DNA from: Octopus sinensis
Lineage: Eukaryota
Assembly: GCF_006345805.1 (NCBI RefSeq)
Contig: NC_042999.1
Coordinates: 163,680,001-163,744,000 of the forward strand
DNA length: 64,000 bases
Reading direction: 5' to 3'
Shown here: piece after piece, positions 12,904-27,944 of the stretch
Position numbering within the stretch: position 1 is the first letter of the stretch
Layout: each line of letters opens with the position of its first letter
Made by a program: the position numbers and the translations under genes
Notes under the pieces: model-generated
What the model was told of the DNA's origin: nothing
Database searches by the model: none
Seen by the model: the letters and a program-made list of their open reading frames with translations, nothing else

Positions 12904-13264
12904 ATATATATATGTATCACTATATCGACCAGACTGTTGGATGTTGTTATAGACATTTCTTTGCATTGTTACAACCTTTGAATGGCACCACCAATGGTAG
13001 GCCGAGACTCCTACAGAATAGAATGCTGATCCGTCGCATGGTTGCTCATTTACGACTGAGTGGAGTGGAGCAATATGAGATGAAATGCTTTGCTCAAAAA
13101 CACACCACACTGCCGCTCTGGGCTTCGAAATCACCATCTTGTGATCATGAGTATAACACCCTTACACTAAGCCACGGGTCTTTGCGCGTACGCGCGTACA
13201 CACAAGCTCACGCACAAACACATACACACATACACACACACATTTACACATGATATATTTACAT

Positions 13265-13900
13265 ATCATCATCATCATCATCGTTTAGCCCCTGTTTTCC
13301 ACGCTGGCATGGGTTGGACGGTCTGACATGGAGCTTGCCAACTAGGGAGCGGTAAAAACTCCAATTGTCTGTTGTGGTATGGTTTCTACGACCGGATGCC
13401 CTTCCTGACGCCAACCACTTGACAGAGTATGCTGAGTGCTTTTTACGTGCCACTGGCACGGATGCATCTACGCAGTCCCAGCACGGGTGCATTTTATGTG
13501 GCACCAGCACCTGAAAAGACAAGCCTGCATGTATGGCAGACATCGATTTGGCTTAGTTTTTGCGTCTTTTCGAGTAAAACTAATCGCCACATCTCCTGGC
13601 CCCTTGTCATTTCTTCAGTGAGGCCCAGCCTCTGAATGTCACCACTTTGTCCCACGTCTTCCTGGGTATATCCCTTCCACAACTTCCCTCCACAATTAGA
13701 GCTCGGCACTTCTTTACGCAGCCGTCCTCATCCATAGGCATCACGTGACCGAGCCAGCGCAGTCTTCTCTCTTGCACACAACATCTGATGCCTCTTATAT
13801 CCAGTTTTCCTCTTAAATCCTTTGCACTCTGTCGTGTGTGCACACTGACACTATCCATCCAGAGGAGCATGTTAGCATCATGTATGCAAGAAAAATAATC
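13265..13900 (-). mobile_element. RTE-clade LINE 3' fragment with (GAT)n tail
   Basis: RRLRWLGHVMPMDEDGCVKKCRALIVEGSCGRDIPRKTW (RTE C-terminal RLRWxGHV...GRPRKTW). The 3'UTR ends in (GAT)n. Confidence 0.85.
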
Positions 13901-14051
13901 TACCACGTTCCTCATATCGCGTATCTAGTTGGATTATTTAACTGGTATACATACACACACATACACACATACATACATACATACATACATACATACATAC
14001 ATACATACATACATACACGCACGCGCGCACACACACACACATATACACACA

Positions 14052-14222
14052 CAGGCATGGTGAGTGTGGTAAGAAGTTTGATTCCCAACCATATAACACA
14101 TGGTTTCAATTTCAGTCTTATTGCGTGGCATTCTGGGCAAGTGTCTTCTATTATAAACGTCGAGCCGGCGAATGCTTTGTGAGCGGATTTGGTAGACGAA
14201 ACCTGAAAGAGGACCGTCGCAT
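14052..14222 (+). mobile_element. SINE family B, 5' half
   Basis: Homologous to 11595-11760. Confidence 0.8.
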
Positions 14223-14704
14223 ATATATATATGTATATATATACACAAGCACACACACACATATAGTATTAGTAATGATAATACTAATGATAACTCGGGT
14301 ATCACTAAAGGGCCTTTCTGGTTAGCCGGCTTATGAAACCTTTAAACACATTTATGGTTACACACACACACATGCAAATGTGTGTGAACGCGAGCGCGCG
14401 TGTAAGGGAAGATGTGTATTTGAAATAATGTTTTTTATATTCTGCCTTGTTAATATTGATATTTCGGCAAGAAAATGCAGATTAGAAAGTTAGAAAAATA
14501 ACAAATAAAATTAAATTTAATCATAATAAAACCGTAAGGTAAAAAATATGGTTTGTAAAACAAAAATTATTGTTTTGGCGCTCTTCTTATCTCATTTGTT
14601 GTATATATTATTTCATTTACGTATTTTTGCGTAGCTAGGGGCAGGCCATCTGTGTGTGCGTTTATGTGTGTGTGTGTGTGTGTGAAATAGCAAGAAAGAG
14701 AGAG

Positions 14705-14743
<39 letters not shown>

Positions 14744-15548
14744 AAATTTGGAAGAAGAAAAAATAAAACTGAAATATTTACTATATGACGTCTTCCAGAT
14801 TTAGGCGAAATCGCTCACAAAATAAAATACTACTGGACTTAAAGAGCCAGCAAGATGTCGGCTGCCATTCCAATCACTTTAAATATTTCATTTCACGGAA
14901 ATAGACTTGAGAGAGAGAGAGAGGGGGGGGAATGGTTTAGAGACATATTTAACAGTCGAACAACAATCTGAGGACATCAAGATTTCATTATGATCGAATT
15001 TTGTTTGTTATTATTCCTCCAGATTTTAAAAGGCATTTTCATGCATAAATATCAAGATCAATAATATACATAAAATTATAATAATGAATTGTCTGGCTTT
15101 CTCTTGTTTAATTGAAACATATTAAACAATATATACATACTCACACGCACATATATCTAAATAAGGTGTACACGCAAGAGAAAAGAGCTCTCCATATCCG
15201 TCATAGAGGTTGAATATTTGTATTAATAGTTTGACTCAGATAAGCATTGCTAAAAGTTTCACGGACACAAAAGAGTACGCCAAACCGTATGGGCATGATA
15301 ACACAGAGTATTAAGACGGTACAGCTTCTAAATAAGTCTGCTATTGGATAATCACTGAGATTAATTCTTAAGGTCAGTTCGAGTTGTAGTGAAACCAATA
15401 ATTAAGCGACTGTTTGGTGTTTTAGTGATTGGTAGGCAGCTGCTGGTTGGGAAGCAAATCTGGCGCAATAGTTCAGAGTAGATTCCCTTGATTTCATTAG
15501 AAGTTCGAAAGAAATTGGTATTCACAACTTATAACTTATCCTTAGCGG

Positions 15549-16288
15549 ATCTAGTTGGTTTGGCAGCCAGCATTTCAAAATTTAAAGTTAATCGAAAATT
15601 TTAAAATTTGGCACATTAATATACTTTTCCAAGTTGAATTGCTGCAGTTATTTCACTTTTTCCAGAAAAAAGGTTTTTAAAAAGTTATAGAGGTTTAAAG
15701 TTTGATCATTTTCACCGATTCAGGAAACAAGATTTGGAAGCTGTCATTTTGTACGCGACTGCACGTCTTGTCCACATTCTGAAAATAGCACGTGTTTTTA
15801 TATGAAACTGCAAAGAAATCAAATTCTGCTTAACGTACGACATATAACTCCTCGTGACTTTTTTAAAATTTGGAATTTTCAGAAAAGTTTTGCGAATTTG
15901 TTCTTTACACACAGGAATTCATACGATTATGCAAAATGTTTTTTTAATGGTGGGGCGTGTGATTTATTTTTAGCACATCTCACAACCAGCGTCCAGGCAA
16001 CAGATGGGCAGAAAGCATCACCTAGAATATATTTATCAACACATGTATTTTCTCGCTGACAAAAGAGTTTGGCTTGTTACTATGGAAACAGGCATGAATG
16101 TGTCTGTGGCTTACGATTGGCTAAAATTACCCAAAATGGTCAAACTTTAATTGCTACCAACTCTTTATTTATTGATTTATAGCGAAAATGATTTTCCCGT
16201 TATTCATTAGCCTATAAAAGTGTATCATTACACTAAATATGAAATCAATTCGAACAGAAAATGATGCTGGCAGCCAAACCAACTAGAT
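15549..16288. mobile_element. Non-autonomous DNA transposon (MITE-like, about 740 bp) with 25-bp TIRs
   Basis: ATCTAGTTGGTTTGGCAGCCAGCAT (15549-15573) is inverted at 16264-16288 with one mismatch; no coding capacity. Confidence 0.8.
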
Positions 16289-16371
16289 TCCAATTAACTA
16301 ACAATAAACACCGCCCGTGACATCAGGATAAAAGGTTTTTCTTGTTGAGGGAAACATTGTGTGTGTGTGTG

Positions 16372-16410
<39 letters not shown>

Positions 16411-17301
16411 GCGGGGTATAATTGTATTTTATCATAGAAATGTATTGCTTAGGATAACTAAAAACGAGTCACGTTTATCATCCAAAGACGATCGGACTTA
16501 TAAAGAAATCAAACCACATAGCATTCTGTGCTATCTCATCTGAACAATTAGACGTGCTTTTTGCTCTCGTAAAACGTGTAGTAACCTAATACTCAGTGAA
16601 ACCATTAATACATACATAATACAAATATAAGACTACACACACAGCGCCTCTCGCCCCACATGTACACATGTACACGCACTTCCAGTACATTTAATAATTT
16701 GAAGAGCAATTTCAAATTTTAGAATGGTGATAGTTCAGAAAATAGACTTTCTATCATTTATTTTTTTGAATGTTAATTTCATAATAGCATTCAGTAGTTC
16801 GTTTCCATTTCCATTAATAGCGTGGAAATTCGACATTAAGTGAAATCCTCTACTTTAGTATCGCAGCGAAAGTGATGTGCACTTCAAAAACGATAAAAGT
16901 TTTGTTGTTCTAAAGAAAATACGAAAAAAAAAGAACACCACTCTTCTTACACAAAAGCCGAAAATAAATAAGCAACACAATCACATTTCGTTCCAAATAT
17001 ATCTTATTACTACTGCTTTGTCATAGCGTCGTAACGCTTTATGTTAATCTTCTCTATATAGGGATTAAGCTTATGACAATTTTTGTGTCACGTCAGGAGC
17101 TTGCAATGTGATGTTTAGTTTTTTTACAGGTACATTAGTGATGTAATTAATGCGAACTAAAAGTCAGTGAGTTTTAGTACATAATGGTGGCAGATCTCTT
17201 ATTACTTTCGATATCCTGTCTGCATATTCACGTGTGTGCATGTGTATATGTGTGTATATATACATACACATGCATGCAAACACACACACACAAACACACA
17301 A

Positions 17302-17357
<56 letters not shown>

Positions 17358-17479
17358 TATCTAGTTCTTGTTTCAGTGACTGAACTGCAACTATGTTGAG
17401 GGTAAGGTCTCGAAAGGTTTAGTCGAATAAATCGATCCCTGTATTTAATATGTTTTAAAATCTGGCACTTATCAGTCTC

Positions 17480-19260
17480 GGTTTACGACGGTGTGGTTGC
17501 TTTTTAGTATTTTTTTAGTCTTTTGGCCGCGGTTGTTATGTTTGAATGTTGTCTTGTTGTTAATGTGGTTGCGAGGCTGGCTGTTGTCGCGTGAGGTATG
17601 AGCTTTTTGCTATTCTATTCTTACTGCTTACTTTTGTGAGGATGCTACTTTTTCTATCTTCATCTCTTTAACAGCTGTCTGTTATGATCAGGTCACTTCC
17701 TTTTCATTCTTTTCAGCTGACGAGAATTCGGAGTTGGGAGGATTGATGTTGGTTGAATCAATCTTATGAGATTTCCCATTTCAAAGGTGGTAAAGCTCTT
17801 TGTTGCTGTTATAGGCGTTTGGATTTTTTGCTGATGATGCTTTTCTCGCTGCTTCAGTTACCACTGTTGCTGCTGTTGCTGATGTGGTTACTGTTGGCTT
17901 TGTAGTTGTGGTACTGGTTGCAAGGGGATTACAAACCCTTTGTCTGTGGATAGAAAACATTCTGGTGATTAGTTCTACCACAAATGTAACACCTGACTCT
18001 CCTGCCTTCTACTGCAGCTTTTATTGACTCATCAGACTCGTTGATTTTTTGCCTGTTTTCCATTGTGAGTGGCACTTGTACTTCTGAGCTCAGTGTATGG
18101 TTGGCTTTATATAGATAATTGGTAATCTGTAGTTATAGGCCCGAAGTTATTAAAATCATCCCCCTTCTTCGGGTCTTTTCTCAACAGAACCATCACACCT
18201 CTTTTCGCAGGACAGGGAATTCTCCCGAACCGTTGCCAAGCACCCTTCATTATCCATACTGTTTACCTTTTCTAAGAAGTCCTATTAAAGCTCACCCATC
18301 TTATCAGCTATTGCCATTGATAGGTTCGTCAATTTATATCTTTCTGTTCATGTATCTGCAGCTAAAGGTTCTTTTTCTTAAAGCTTTGTTTTCGGTTTCT
18401 GGTTTCATTAGAAAGGCGGGTTTCACTCTATAGTGCTGCTTGTGGGGGCTTTGTATTCTCTGTTGTCATCAAACGAATGCTTTACCAACGGTTGATTGAG
18501 GTTTATAAATGACTCTGCCTTGTTTATTTTGGTGGCAATGCATATGTTGCAACTATTGCTGCGAGTTGCATTGGTGTTGCAGTTGTCGTTGTTGGTTTCG
18601 TCGGCTGCCGTAGCAGGAGCAGTTGTAGAAGTGATTTTGGTGGTGATGTTGGTGCTGTTCCCCCCCCCCTCGTGATATTCAATAAACTTGGGATGGAGGA
18701 GGAGGAGGAGGAAATTGCTATTGTTGCTGCTACTCTGATTTGAAACTGGCAGGGCCTGGAAATTCTTGTCATGGAAATTGTTGAAATGGGTTCTGTTACT
18801 GTTGTTGCGTCCACTATTAATTTTCTTGGTAATGTTGTTATTGTTGTAGTTGAAAGCTGTAATGTTAATCTTCTCTGTTGTGGTTTCAGTAGATTCAGCT
18901 CGATCCTTGACGACGCTTGCCGTTACAATCACTGCACTGATGCATTTAGATTTAGGAGAGACGCCACCGCTTTTCTTCTCTCCGCGTCGCTCACTCTTTG
19001 CGTTTGATGCTTTTTCTCTGTCTCTCTCTTTTTCACATTCATCCGCCACGAACATTATTATATTCTGGCAAAAAATTAATTTTATAGGAAGAAATTGAGT
19101 TTTGCAGATACACACTTTTACACAAACGATTTCTCCAAGTTGAAGAATCGGACATGAACCCCACCACCACAAAAATAAAGCAAATAATAATAACAAAAGC
19201 ATAATCGAAATGTAAAAGCATAGCTCTTCCATGAAATTGTTGATACAAATCAGCAAAAAC
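17480..19260 (-). mobile_element. Rearranged Tx1-family remnant (ORF1 with an embedded ORF2/RT fragment)
   Basis: Minus strand: low-complexity ORF1 N-terminus (18423-19262), WQRFGRIPCPAKRGVMVLLRKDPKKGDDFNNFGPIT (18131-18238, RT), AVEGRRVRCYICGRTNH (17955-18020, ORF1 knuckle), then a Thr-rich tail. Confidence 0.72.
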
Positions 19261-19264
19261 AATG

Positions 19265-19893
<629 letters not shown>

Positions 19894-22772
19894 AAAGAAC
19901 ACCGGGGGACGTTTAAGATGTAAGAAGGAAAATTCAGAGCTCCGAAATCTATCCACAAACATCGAAAACAAGGACATCCTATGGAGCCAAAGTTTTACTA
20001 ACAAAGAATTGGACTGTATCCGAGTAAGTAATACTAATTGAAATTTATTACTATTTTCGAAACGAAATGATGTATTTTGACTCGATATCATCTCCACCTC
20101 TAACGCAACACATGTAAACATGCGTGGAACATCACGATCATCCCCGACCCCAAACACCATGTACAAAGGAACTACAAAGAAAGTAAATGCCACCGATACT
20201 ATTCAACCCAAGAATAACAATCGAGCGGTACGTACATTAAACTTACAACAAAAAATGTACGAAAAACTACACTGCGAAATAATGTGACAACAGAAATAAA
20301 CGGACCGGTACCCTACGAAAATGACGACCGTCAAATAATGGGCCGGACGTTGTACCTCATGTCCCGCAAATAAAACCCAAAGACGTAAATGGACACGTGA
20401 GGAATACATTTCTATCTTACACACAACGCTACTTCACATCAGTACTCTACCCAAAAAATGAAAATACAACAACACATACATATAAATATGGAAGAAAATA
20501 ATAGAGATATAGACTTGGATACAGCAATGAACCCTAATAAATTAGCTAACGTACGAAGATACATTCTCACACAAAAAAAATATCAGAAATAGAAATAGAA
20601 CACCTAAAAGAATATACACCAGGAAAATGTAGATAGAAGCCACACAACAATGCCCAATAATATAAACAACTGAAACTGTAAAACACGAAGACAAACGCAA
20701 CATTCCCAACAACACGATGTAAACAACGAATGGGAGCCTAATGATTATGATAATATAAAAAATAAAATAATCAAAGAACTGAAAACCACAGAGCTCAAAA
20801 TGGACCACCGACCATACCTCCCAAGAATCAAAATAAACGAAATAACAACACCTATTATAAACAGCATAACCTAGCCGTCACTGAACTGATAGCCACTGAA
20901 TAAAAAAAAAGTGATATCACTGAGCTGATGACCTAATACACGCAGCCGCCGCCACTGCAGCCACAAAAGAAGCTGGATACTCACCCAACCCCCGCCCAAC
21001 AGGAGTACCACCACCCAAACAAACCCTGTGGATAAATAACATCCAAAACAAAATTAAAAAAATTAGAAAAGACCTGTCGATTCTTAATGAAATCAGCAAA
21101 CATCAACGCTACTGAGCAACAAAAGAGAACAAAAATACTCCGCAAATATAACATCACAGAGAAAGATTTGCCTGGAATAAAAGAAAAGCTGAAGCAAGAT
21201 ATCCTTGCCAAAGCACAAAGGATCCGCCGGTACGAGAAACGCCAACGCTTCTTTGAACAAAACAAAATGTTCAACTCCAACCCCAAAAAGTTCTACCAAG
21301 AACTGGGCAAAAATAAAATAGAAGTCACTGCAGCACCAACGGCAAAAGAATTGGAAGAATTCTGGAGAGAAATATGGTCGGCGAACGAACCACCAAAAAA
21401 AGGAGTATCAAAATAACAAACTCGGCATCTGAACAACTTTGGACCCCATAACAACTGAAGAGGTCACCCAGGCACTGCAAAGACTAAGCAACTGGAAGGC
21501 ACCTGGGCATGACAAGATCCCCAACTTCTGGTTGAAATATCTAACAGGAATGCACAAAAAGCTGGCTGAAAACTTTAACAACGTACTAGCAGAGCCAGAG
21601 ACAATGCCTGAATGGCTCACGAAGGGGAAACCATCTTAATTCCCAAATCAAATGAACAGAAATAAAATACCACCATAGACTGCAAAAATATCTACTTCAG
21701 AAGGAAGGAAAACTGATCCAGATAGCGGCAAAACACGAGCAAAACAAAAACTGTTCTCAGTATTTAAGGAAGCTGACAAATACAACAAGAAATCATACCA
21801 CCTAATAAACACGAAGAAGAAGAAGAAGATGAAGAAACAACAAAAGCTATAAAACAAATGAAATCCAAACTAAAATAGAACAGCAACGTACCATGATAAA
21901 ACGATGGCAAGAAAGCCCCTTCATGGTAAATACTGGACTAAACTAAACGCAAAAGAATAGACAAAGAAAATCCCAGCAATGGTTGAGAAGCTCAGGACTC
22001 AAGCAGAAACAGAGGGATTTTTAATTGCAGCACAAGACCAAAGCCTCCCCACCAGAAATTACCAAAACATGTAATGAAAAGAATATTACAAGTAACTGCA
22101 GATATGTGGAGATGGACAAGAAACAATAAATCATATTATCTCTAGCTGCCCAGTCCTGGCTAAGAAGGAATATATTCACAGACATGACAGAGTTGGAACC
22201 TACATACATTGGAAGCTATGCCAACATTATGGAATAACAACAGAAAAAAGATGGTACAGGCACACACCAGAAAAGATCACAGAAAACGAGAAAGCAACCA
22301 TACTCTGGGATATGCCGATACACACAGATAGAGAAATTAAGGCCAACAGACCAGATATAGTTGTCAGAGATCATGAAGAAAAAAATGCTTTCTAATTGAT
22401 GTATCAATACCGGCTGATGACAACGTGTCTCTAAAAGAAATGGGAGAACCTTTCAAAATACAAAGACCTGGAAAGAGTTAACTAGAATGTGGAATCTGAA
22501 AACAGAACATTCCTATCATAGTAGGTGCATTAGGCATGATAAAAATATTCAGACAAATACTAACAAAAACACCAGGACTTACAAACACATATACATAAAG
22601 AAAATTGCACTACTAGGCACTGCACACATCCTACGCAGAACACTTTCCATACATAACCATCAGAGCATCACAACACAATCACAGCACATACCCAAGGCAC
22701 ACAGAGCTGCGCTCGGTAGTGAAGTGAAAGCACGCTATAAAAATAAAACTACTGAATAATAAAATAAAACTA

Positions 22773-22780
<8 letters not shown>
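19894..22780 (+). mobile_element. R4/Dong-clade RLE non-LTR retrotransposon, RT core deleted, inserted in (TAA)n
   Basis: RKWTREEYI; AKAQRIRRYEKRQRFFEQNKMFNSNPKKFY; LSNWKAPGHDKIPNFWLK; AAQDQSLPTRNY; ETINHIISSCPVLAKKEYIHRHD (CCHC region); ILWDMPIHTDREIKANRPDIVV..LIDVSIP (RLE). (TAA)n on both sides. Confidence 0.9.
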
Positions 22781-22822
<42 letters not shown>

Positions 22823-22883
22823 AATAATAATAATAATAATAATAAGATAATAATAATGAATAATAATAATAATAATGATGATG

Positions 22884-22931
<48 letters not shown>

Positions 22932-23232
22932 TTAATAATAATAATATTACTACTACTATAATAATAATAATGATGATAATAATAATAATAATAATAATAA
23001 TAATATATAATAATAATAATAATAATGATAATAATAATAATAATGATGATGATAATAATAATAATAATAATAATATAATATATAATAATAATAATGAAAT
23101 GATGATAATAATAATATTAATAATAATAATATAATAATAATAATAATTAATAATAATGATGATAATATATAATAATGATGATAATAATAATAATAATGAT
23201 TAATAATAATAATAATGATAATAATAATAATG

Positions 23233-23269
<37 letters not shown>

Positions 23270-23298
23270 TAATAATAATAATAATGTTGATAATAATA

Positions 23299-23334
<36 letters not shown>

Positions 23335-23444
23335 ATAATAATAATAATAATAATAATATAATAATAATAATAATATATAATAATACAATGATAATAATAA
23401 TAATAATAATAATAAAATAATAATAATAATAATAATAATAATAA
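22781..23444. repeat. Degenerate (TAA)n array
   Basis: Direct observation. Confidence 0.95.
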
Positions 23445-24500
23445 AGCTTCATTCTATCATAAAGGAAAGCAAAAAATTTGCTATTGATCCCGTGCAGGAT
23501 ACCCAAACTGAACAACTGAGGGAAGTACGGCACTATTGTTGCAAAGAAGGTGAAAATGATGTAATGAAAAAAGCGCACGAGCAATTGACTGATAGGTGGA
23601 GAGAAACCTCTGCCGGCAAATATGTGACCCGCAGCAAACAACTGATGTTGACCAGAAGCAAACCCATCAGTGGCTACGGAGCTCAGGGCTAAAAGCAGTG
23701 AGCGAAGTTTTTCAATCCTGGCTGCTCAAGATCAAAGCCTATTAACCCGGAACTACCAGGCCATTATGAAAAATGGAGCAGATCAAAATCCGATTCTGCA
23801 ACGACATGATTGAAACAGTGTGGACCACCTCTCTCTGGATGTAAAGTCTTAGCACCAGTTGAGTTAAATTAAGACATGACAGAGTTTGCCATATCTCCAC
23901 TGGCTAATAAGTCGGCATTACAATATCAAAACTGCCGACAAGTGGTAAATCACCACCCTGAGGCTGTAACTGACGGAGAAAATGTAACCATTCTGTGGGA
24001 CTTCCCAGTACATACAGACCGAACCATCAAGGCCAATAAACCAGATATTGTTGTGAAAGACCAAAACAATAAAGTTTGCTTATTGATCGACATGAGCATC
24101 CCCTGTGAATCATAATATCTCAGCTCAGAAAATATAAAGACCTACTCATTGAAATTGAGAAAATGTAGCATCTCAAGGCGGTTACAATCTAGTGATCGTA
24201 GGAGCACTAGGAATGATCAAGAAGGGACCAAAAATTATATGAGAATGATCCCTGGCTTACCATCCCTGCAAGAAGTGCAAAAGATTGTCTTAACTGGTAC
24301 ATCACACGTATTGAGAACATTGTCGATGTGAGAACTGTTGCTGCTCATGTATTTTAATTTAACTTAACAAAAAAAAAAAATGAACGAACTACTGAGTTTG
24401 GTTTAATGGCCTAACCAATGTATACTATGAGTTTCTTTGCCCTAGGGTCGGAAGACCCCTCGGCAAGAAATGGAGCAAATTTGAAAGAAGAAAAAAAAAT
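23445..24500 (+). mobile_element. Second R4/Dong-clade element (different family), 5'-truncated, in (TAA)n
   Basis: WLRSSGLKA..LAAQDQSLLTRNYQ; ILWDFPVHTDRTIKANKPDIVVKD..LLIDMSIP; KYKDLLIEIEKM; LQEVQKIVLTGTSHVLR. The 3'UTR is unlike that of the first copy. Confidence 0.88.
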
Positions 24501-24515
24501 ATAATAATAATAATA

Positions 24516-24593
<78 letters not shown>

Positions 24594-24639
24594 TAATAAT
24601 AATGATAACGATAACGACACACACACATATATACATACA

Positions 24640-27392
24640 TATAATGTTCTCTTTACTAACCTCAAAGGATTTACAAAAACAAAAAAGTCGAGGATGGCAC
24701 AAGACGATTCAATATAATGTGGGATCTCATAAAAACAGTAAAATAACAAGAAAAAACAACCAGAACTTCAAACAAGAATTATTTCCCCAAAAGTGGGGGA
24801 GAGGAATTTCCGAGGGCTGTTTGTGCGAACCCTGCAAAACCAGGGTCATCGTGACCAATAGGACAATTGCCATCTCCCCATCTCCTTCCCTCAATCTAAT
24901 CTACAGGCGCATGCTCAGAATTGGTCCATACTCTTAGATTATTACTGCCACTTTTATTCACCTTTCAATAAATTTGATGAAAGGCTGCACTTCCCTCTCC
25001 ACCTTCACTTTCCTTTTCAAGTGAAACTTGAAAGAGTTGAGAGCTTGGCCGAAGAGAAAAGTGTTTGTCTATAATCCTTTCAGCCTGTTCCCTTACACAA
25101 GCTCTTTCGCTGAGGCTACTAGACAGATAAAGATTGTTCGGACGAAGGAAGGTGTCGCGGTGATCTTCAAAATGGACTCAATTTATAGCTGGATCTGTCC
25201 TACAATCAACAGAAGGTGATCGACATAACTTCGCGAGTCAGCAATGCTCAGACAGAGTACAAGTGCGTACAGAGCTCTTTCGTCGTTCTGTATGATGTAG
25301 AGTCAGTTTGGTTGACGGCACTCTCATGCCTGCAAAGTTTATCTCGAACCAGCAATGTTCCCCGGTAGCACTGCCGAGCCTGAGATTTCTGGAAAACGCC
25401 AGTCAGTTGATTCTCGTCAGCGTCAAAAGTTCGCTCGGGAACGTCATCACTTTTGCCCATAACTAACACTCTATAGAATGCCACTATATAACTTCCACCG
25501 ACTGCACTGCCGAGCGCTTGACGACACTCTAGATGTCAGGTGCCCTTTCTCGGTCTACCTTTGATTCAAGACTGCAGCACAGTCAATGTGACGAGCTGTA
25601 GAAAAACGAGTCTGACAGATGGCCATCGCACCTGTTCACCGTCAAGGAAGTCTGGATATGTCTCAGCTCATGGTTGCGCATCATTAGCTAAGACATGCCT
25701 AGTCCATAAATCAGTGGGTGTTGACAATTGTTGGCAACAAATGGAGCACATAACCAGTGGGATGTATTCCTTTCCCCTGAAAGCGGAAGAGTAGGAGCTC
25801 CAGATGAGTCTGAGGTGAACTGGGGCAAGGCACAACAGCTTGGGAACAAATGATAGAAGTCCTGTAAGCATTATCTGTCTCTGTCATTCGTTTCAGGGGT
25901 AGCTTTCTCTCGGTTCATTTCAGGGTGAGATAGGTCACCCTGCTCATCATATTGTCTCTGATATTCTTTACTTGAAGGTCTATACCAAACCAGACCCTGG
26001 GCAATTTAACTGGTTCATCTGTCCGGCGCCCCACAACGCTGATGGACGGCATGATCCTGCTTTTCCAGGTAGCAAGAATCAGGCCCACTGATTGTTCTTG
26101 TCTTCGCTTCATAGTCCTTTAGAGTAGTGCTGATCACCTCGACACTGATGTCTGACACTGTGATGGTGAAGTCATCCGTGTACACCAGCGCGGTTCTTTC
26201 ACATCCTAATTTTTGCAGGATGCCTTTCAACGTCTCTAGTTTTCGTAGTGGTGGTTCAAGTGTCAGTACATACAGAAGAGATGAGGACAACATTGACGGA
26301 CCGAGCGCATGATACTGAATAGTTGTGATAGGTGGCCATTCACCTTAACCACCAAGTAGATGCGGCACTTCAACCGCGAAAGACGGCCGAAACTGCTGCC
26401 GTGAGAGAACAGCCATCACGTATTGGTAGTCGATTCGATCGAAAATTTTTGTCTTATCTAAATTGATCAGAACTCCACCTTACCTGTCCTTTCTATGATG
26501 TATCGCATAAAGCGAAAATTTCCTCTAGCACTCTGTACTTCTGTCAGTATTAAGAATATATCTTTGGGAGTTTAGTGAAGGATCTCAAAACCTTCTTTAT
26601 CGATCGGTCATTTTAATGCTTCTGGCTCTTCTAAACGATTTGGTGTAACGGAGCTGTTCAAACAGGGAGTTTGCTATAGTTAATATTGATTGTGATAGTT
26701 GTGGTGTTGTCAATGTAAATGATGCTGCTCCTCGCTACTGCGAGAGCGGTTAAAGTACTGGTAATAGTGGTTATAGTGGAGCAGTCTATCCGTGCCGCGA
26801 GGCACTTCTGCCGTTGGTTATGTTGATTGTGTTGTCAATGTTGCAACTACTTGAATTAGAATTCGCATTTGAAGTTTAATAAACTATTGTTGGTCTTGTG
26901 GTCTTTTCCATTGTTGTGGCTGTTGTTGTAATTACTTGCGTTGTTGCTTTTGTTGTTGTTATTATTGTTGTTCATAGTTGTTTTTCAGAATCGGCGAATT
27001 ATTTCGAAACTGACGACATAAATGCTTTTTCTCTCTATGGTGGTTTTGGCTACAACAGTGGTGTTGTTACTAGAGCAGACGCTTGGAACATTAATTCTCC
27101 CTCTTTCTCTTTTTAAAAATTTCAATCAAACCTTCTTTCACTCCCTGTGTGTCAATCATATTCGTTTCCGGTGAATATTATCATTTCTTCACAGATATAC
27201 ACGTTTTTCAAGAAAACTCACTATTTTGCAAGCGAAAAATTCAAAAATAGACGATTTTTCTGGGTAAGTAAAAGCCCACCAAAAAGTAGTAGGTTCGTTT
27301 CTCTGTAGAGATGACAAAATACTTTACAAAACGGATCCGAATTCAGATTTTGGAAAGTTTACAGAATCGCGACCGAGTCTGCCTTTCTCGTC
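24640..27392 (-). mobile_element. Old, internally deleted Tx1-family LINE
   Basis: LSSLLYVLTLEPPLRKLETLKGILQKLGCERTALVYTDDFTITVS aligns to ORF2 of the 1-4955 element. Further ORF2 C-terminal remnants at 24950-25900. The 3' end GTTAGTAAAGAGAAC precedes TATG/TG repeats. ORF1/5'UTR-like A-rich region at 26600-27390 (boundary approximate). Confidence 0.8.
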
Positions 27393-27404
27393 AATTATAA
27401 TAAT

Positions 27405-27613
27405 CCTTTCTACTATACGCATAAGGCCAGAAATTTAAGGAGGAGGTAAATCGATTACACTGAAGCTAGTATTTTAGTAGTACTTGCTTTATCGACCACG
27501 AAAAGATGAAAGGCAAAGTTGATCTCGGCGGAATTTGAACTCAGAACGTAAAGAGCCAAAGAAATGCTGCTAAAAAATTTCTCTGACGTGTTAACGAGTC
27601 TGCCAATGATCAG

Positions 27614-27617
<4 letters not shown>
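27405..27617 (-). mobile_element. SINE family A
   Basis: Reverse complement of the family A head, body and tail. Confidence 0.85.
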
Positions 27618-27672
<55 letters not shown>

Positions 27673-27935
27673 TCTTTATTGGTCACCAGAGCTGAGAAAA
27701 ACATCTTGGACAATGCAATGACAAAGGACTGGGGATTTACATAGAAACGTGTAAACAATAAATCAATAACAATTTGCAAAAATAAAAATATAAAACCCTA
27801 AACAAACAAAATCATCAAGGACAACGAAAGATCTTCACAGATCCTGAGCCTCCGTATTTACCGAGAGTACCATGGTAATTACTCCTCTCTTCTCCGTACT
27901 CCTCAGCCTATAGGCATCAGATTAGAGAAGTATTA
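27617..27935 (-). mobile_element. Tx1-like 3'UTR fragment ending AATAAAGAAA + (GTA)n
   Basis: Minus strand ...TTGTCC..TCAGCTCTGGTGACCAATAAAGAAA(GTA)n resembles the Tx1 terminus TTGTCC..TCAGCCCTGTGTGGCTAATAAAAGAAA; T-rich upstream. Confidence 0.55.
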
Positions 27936-27944
27936 ATCCTCCCG

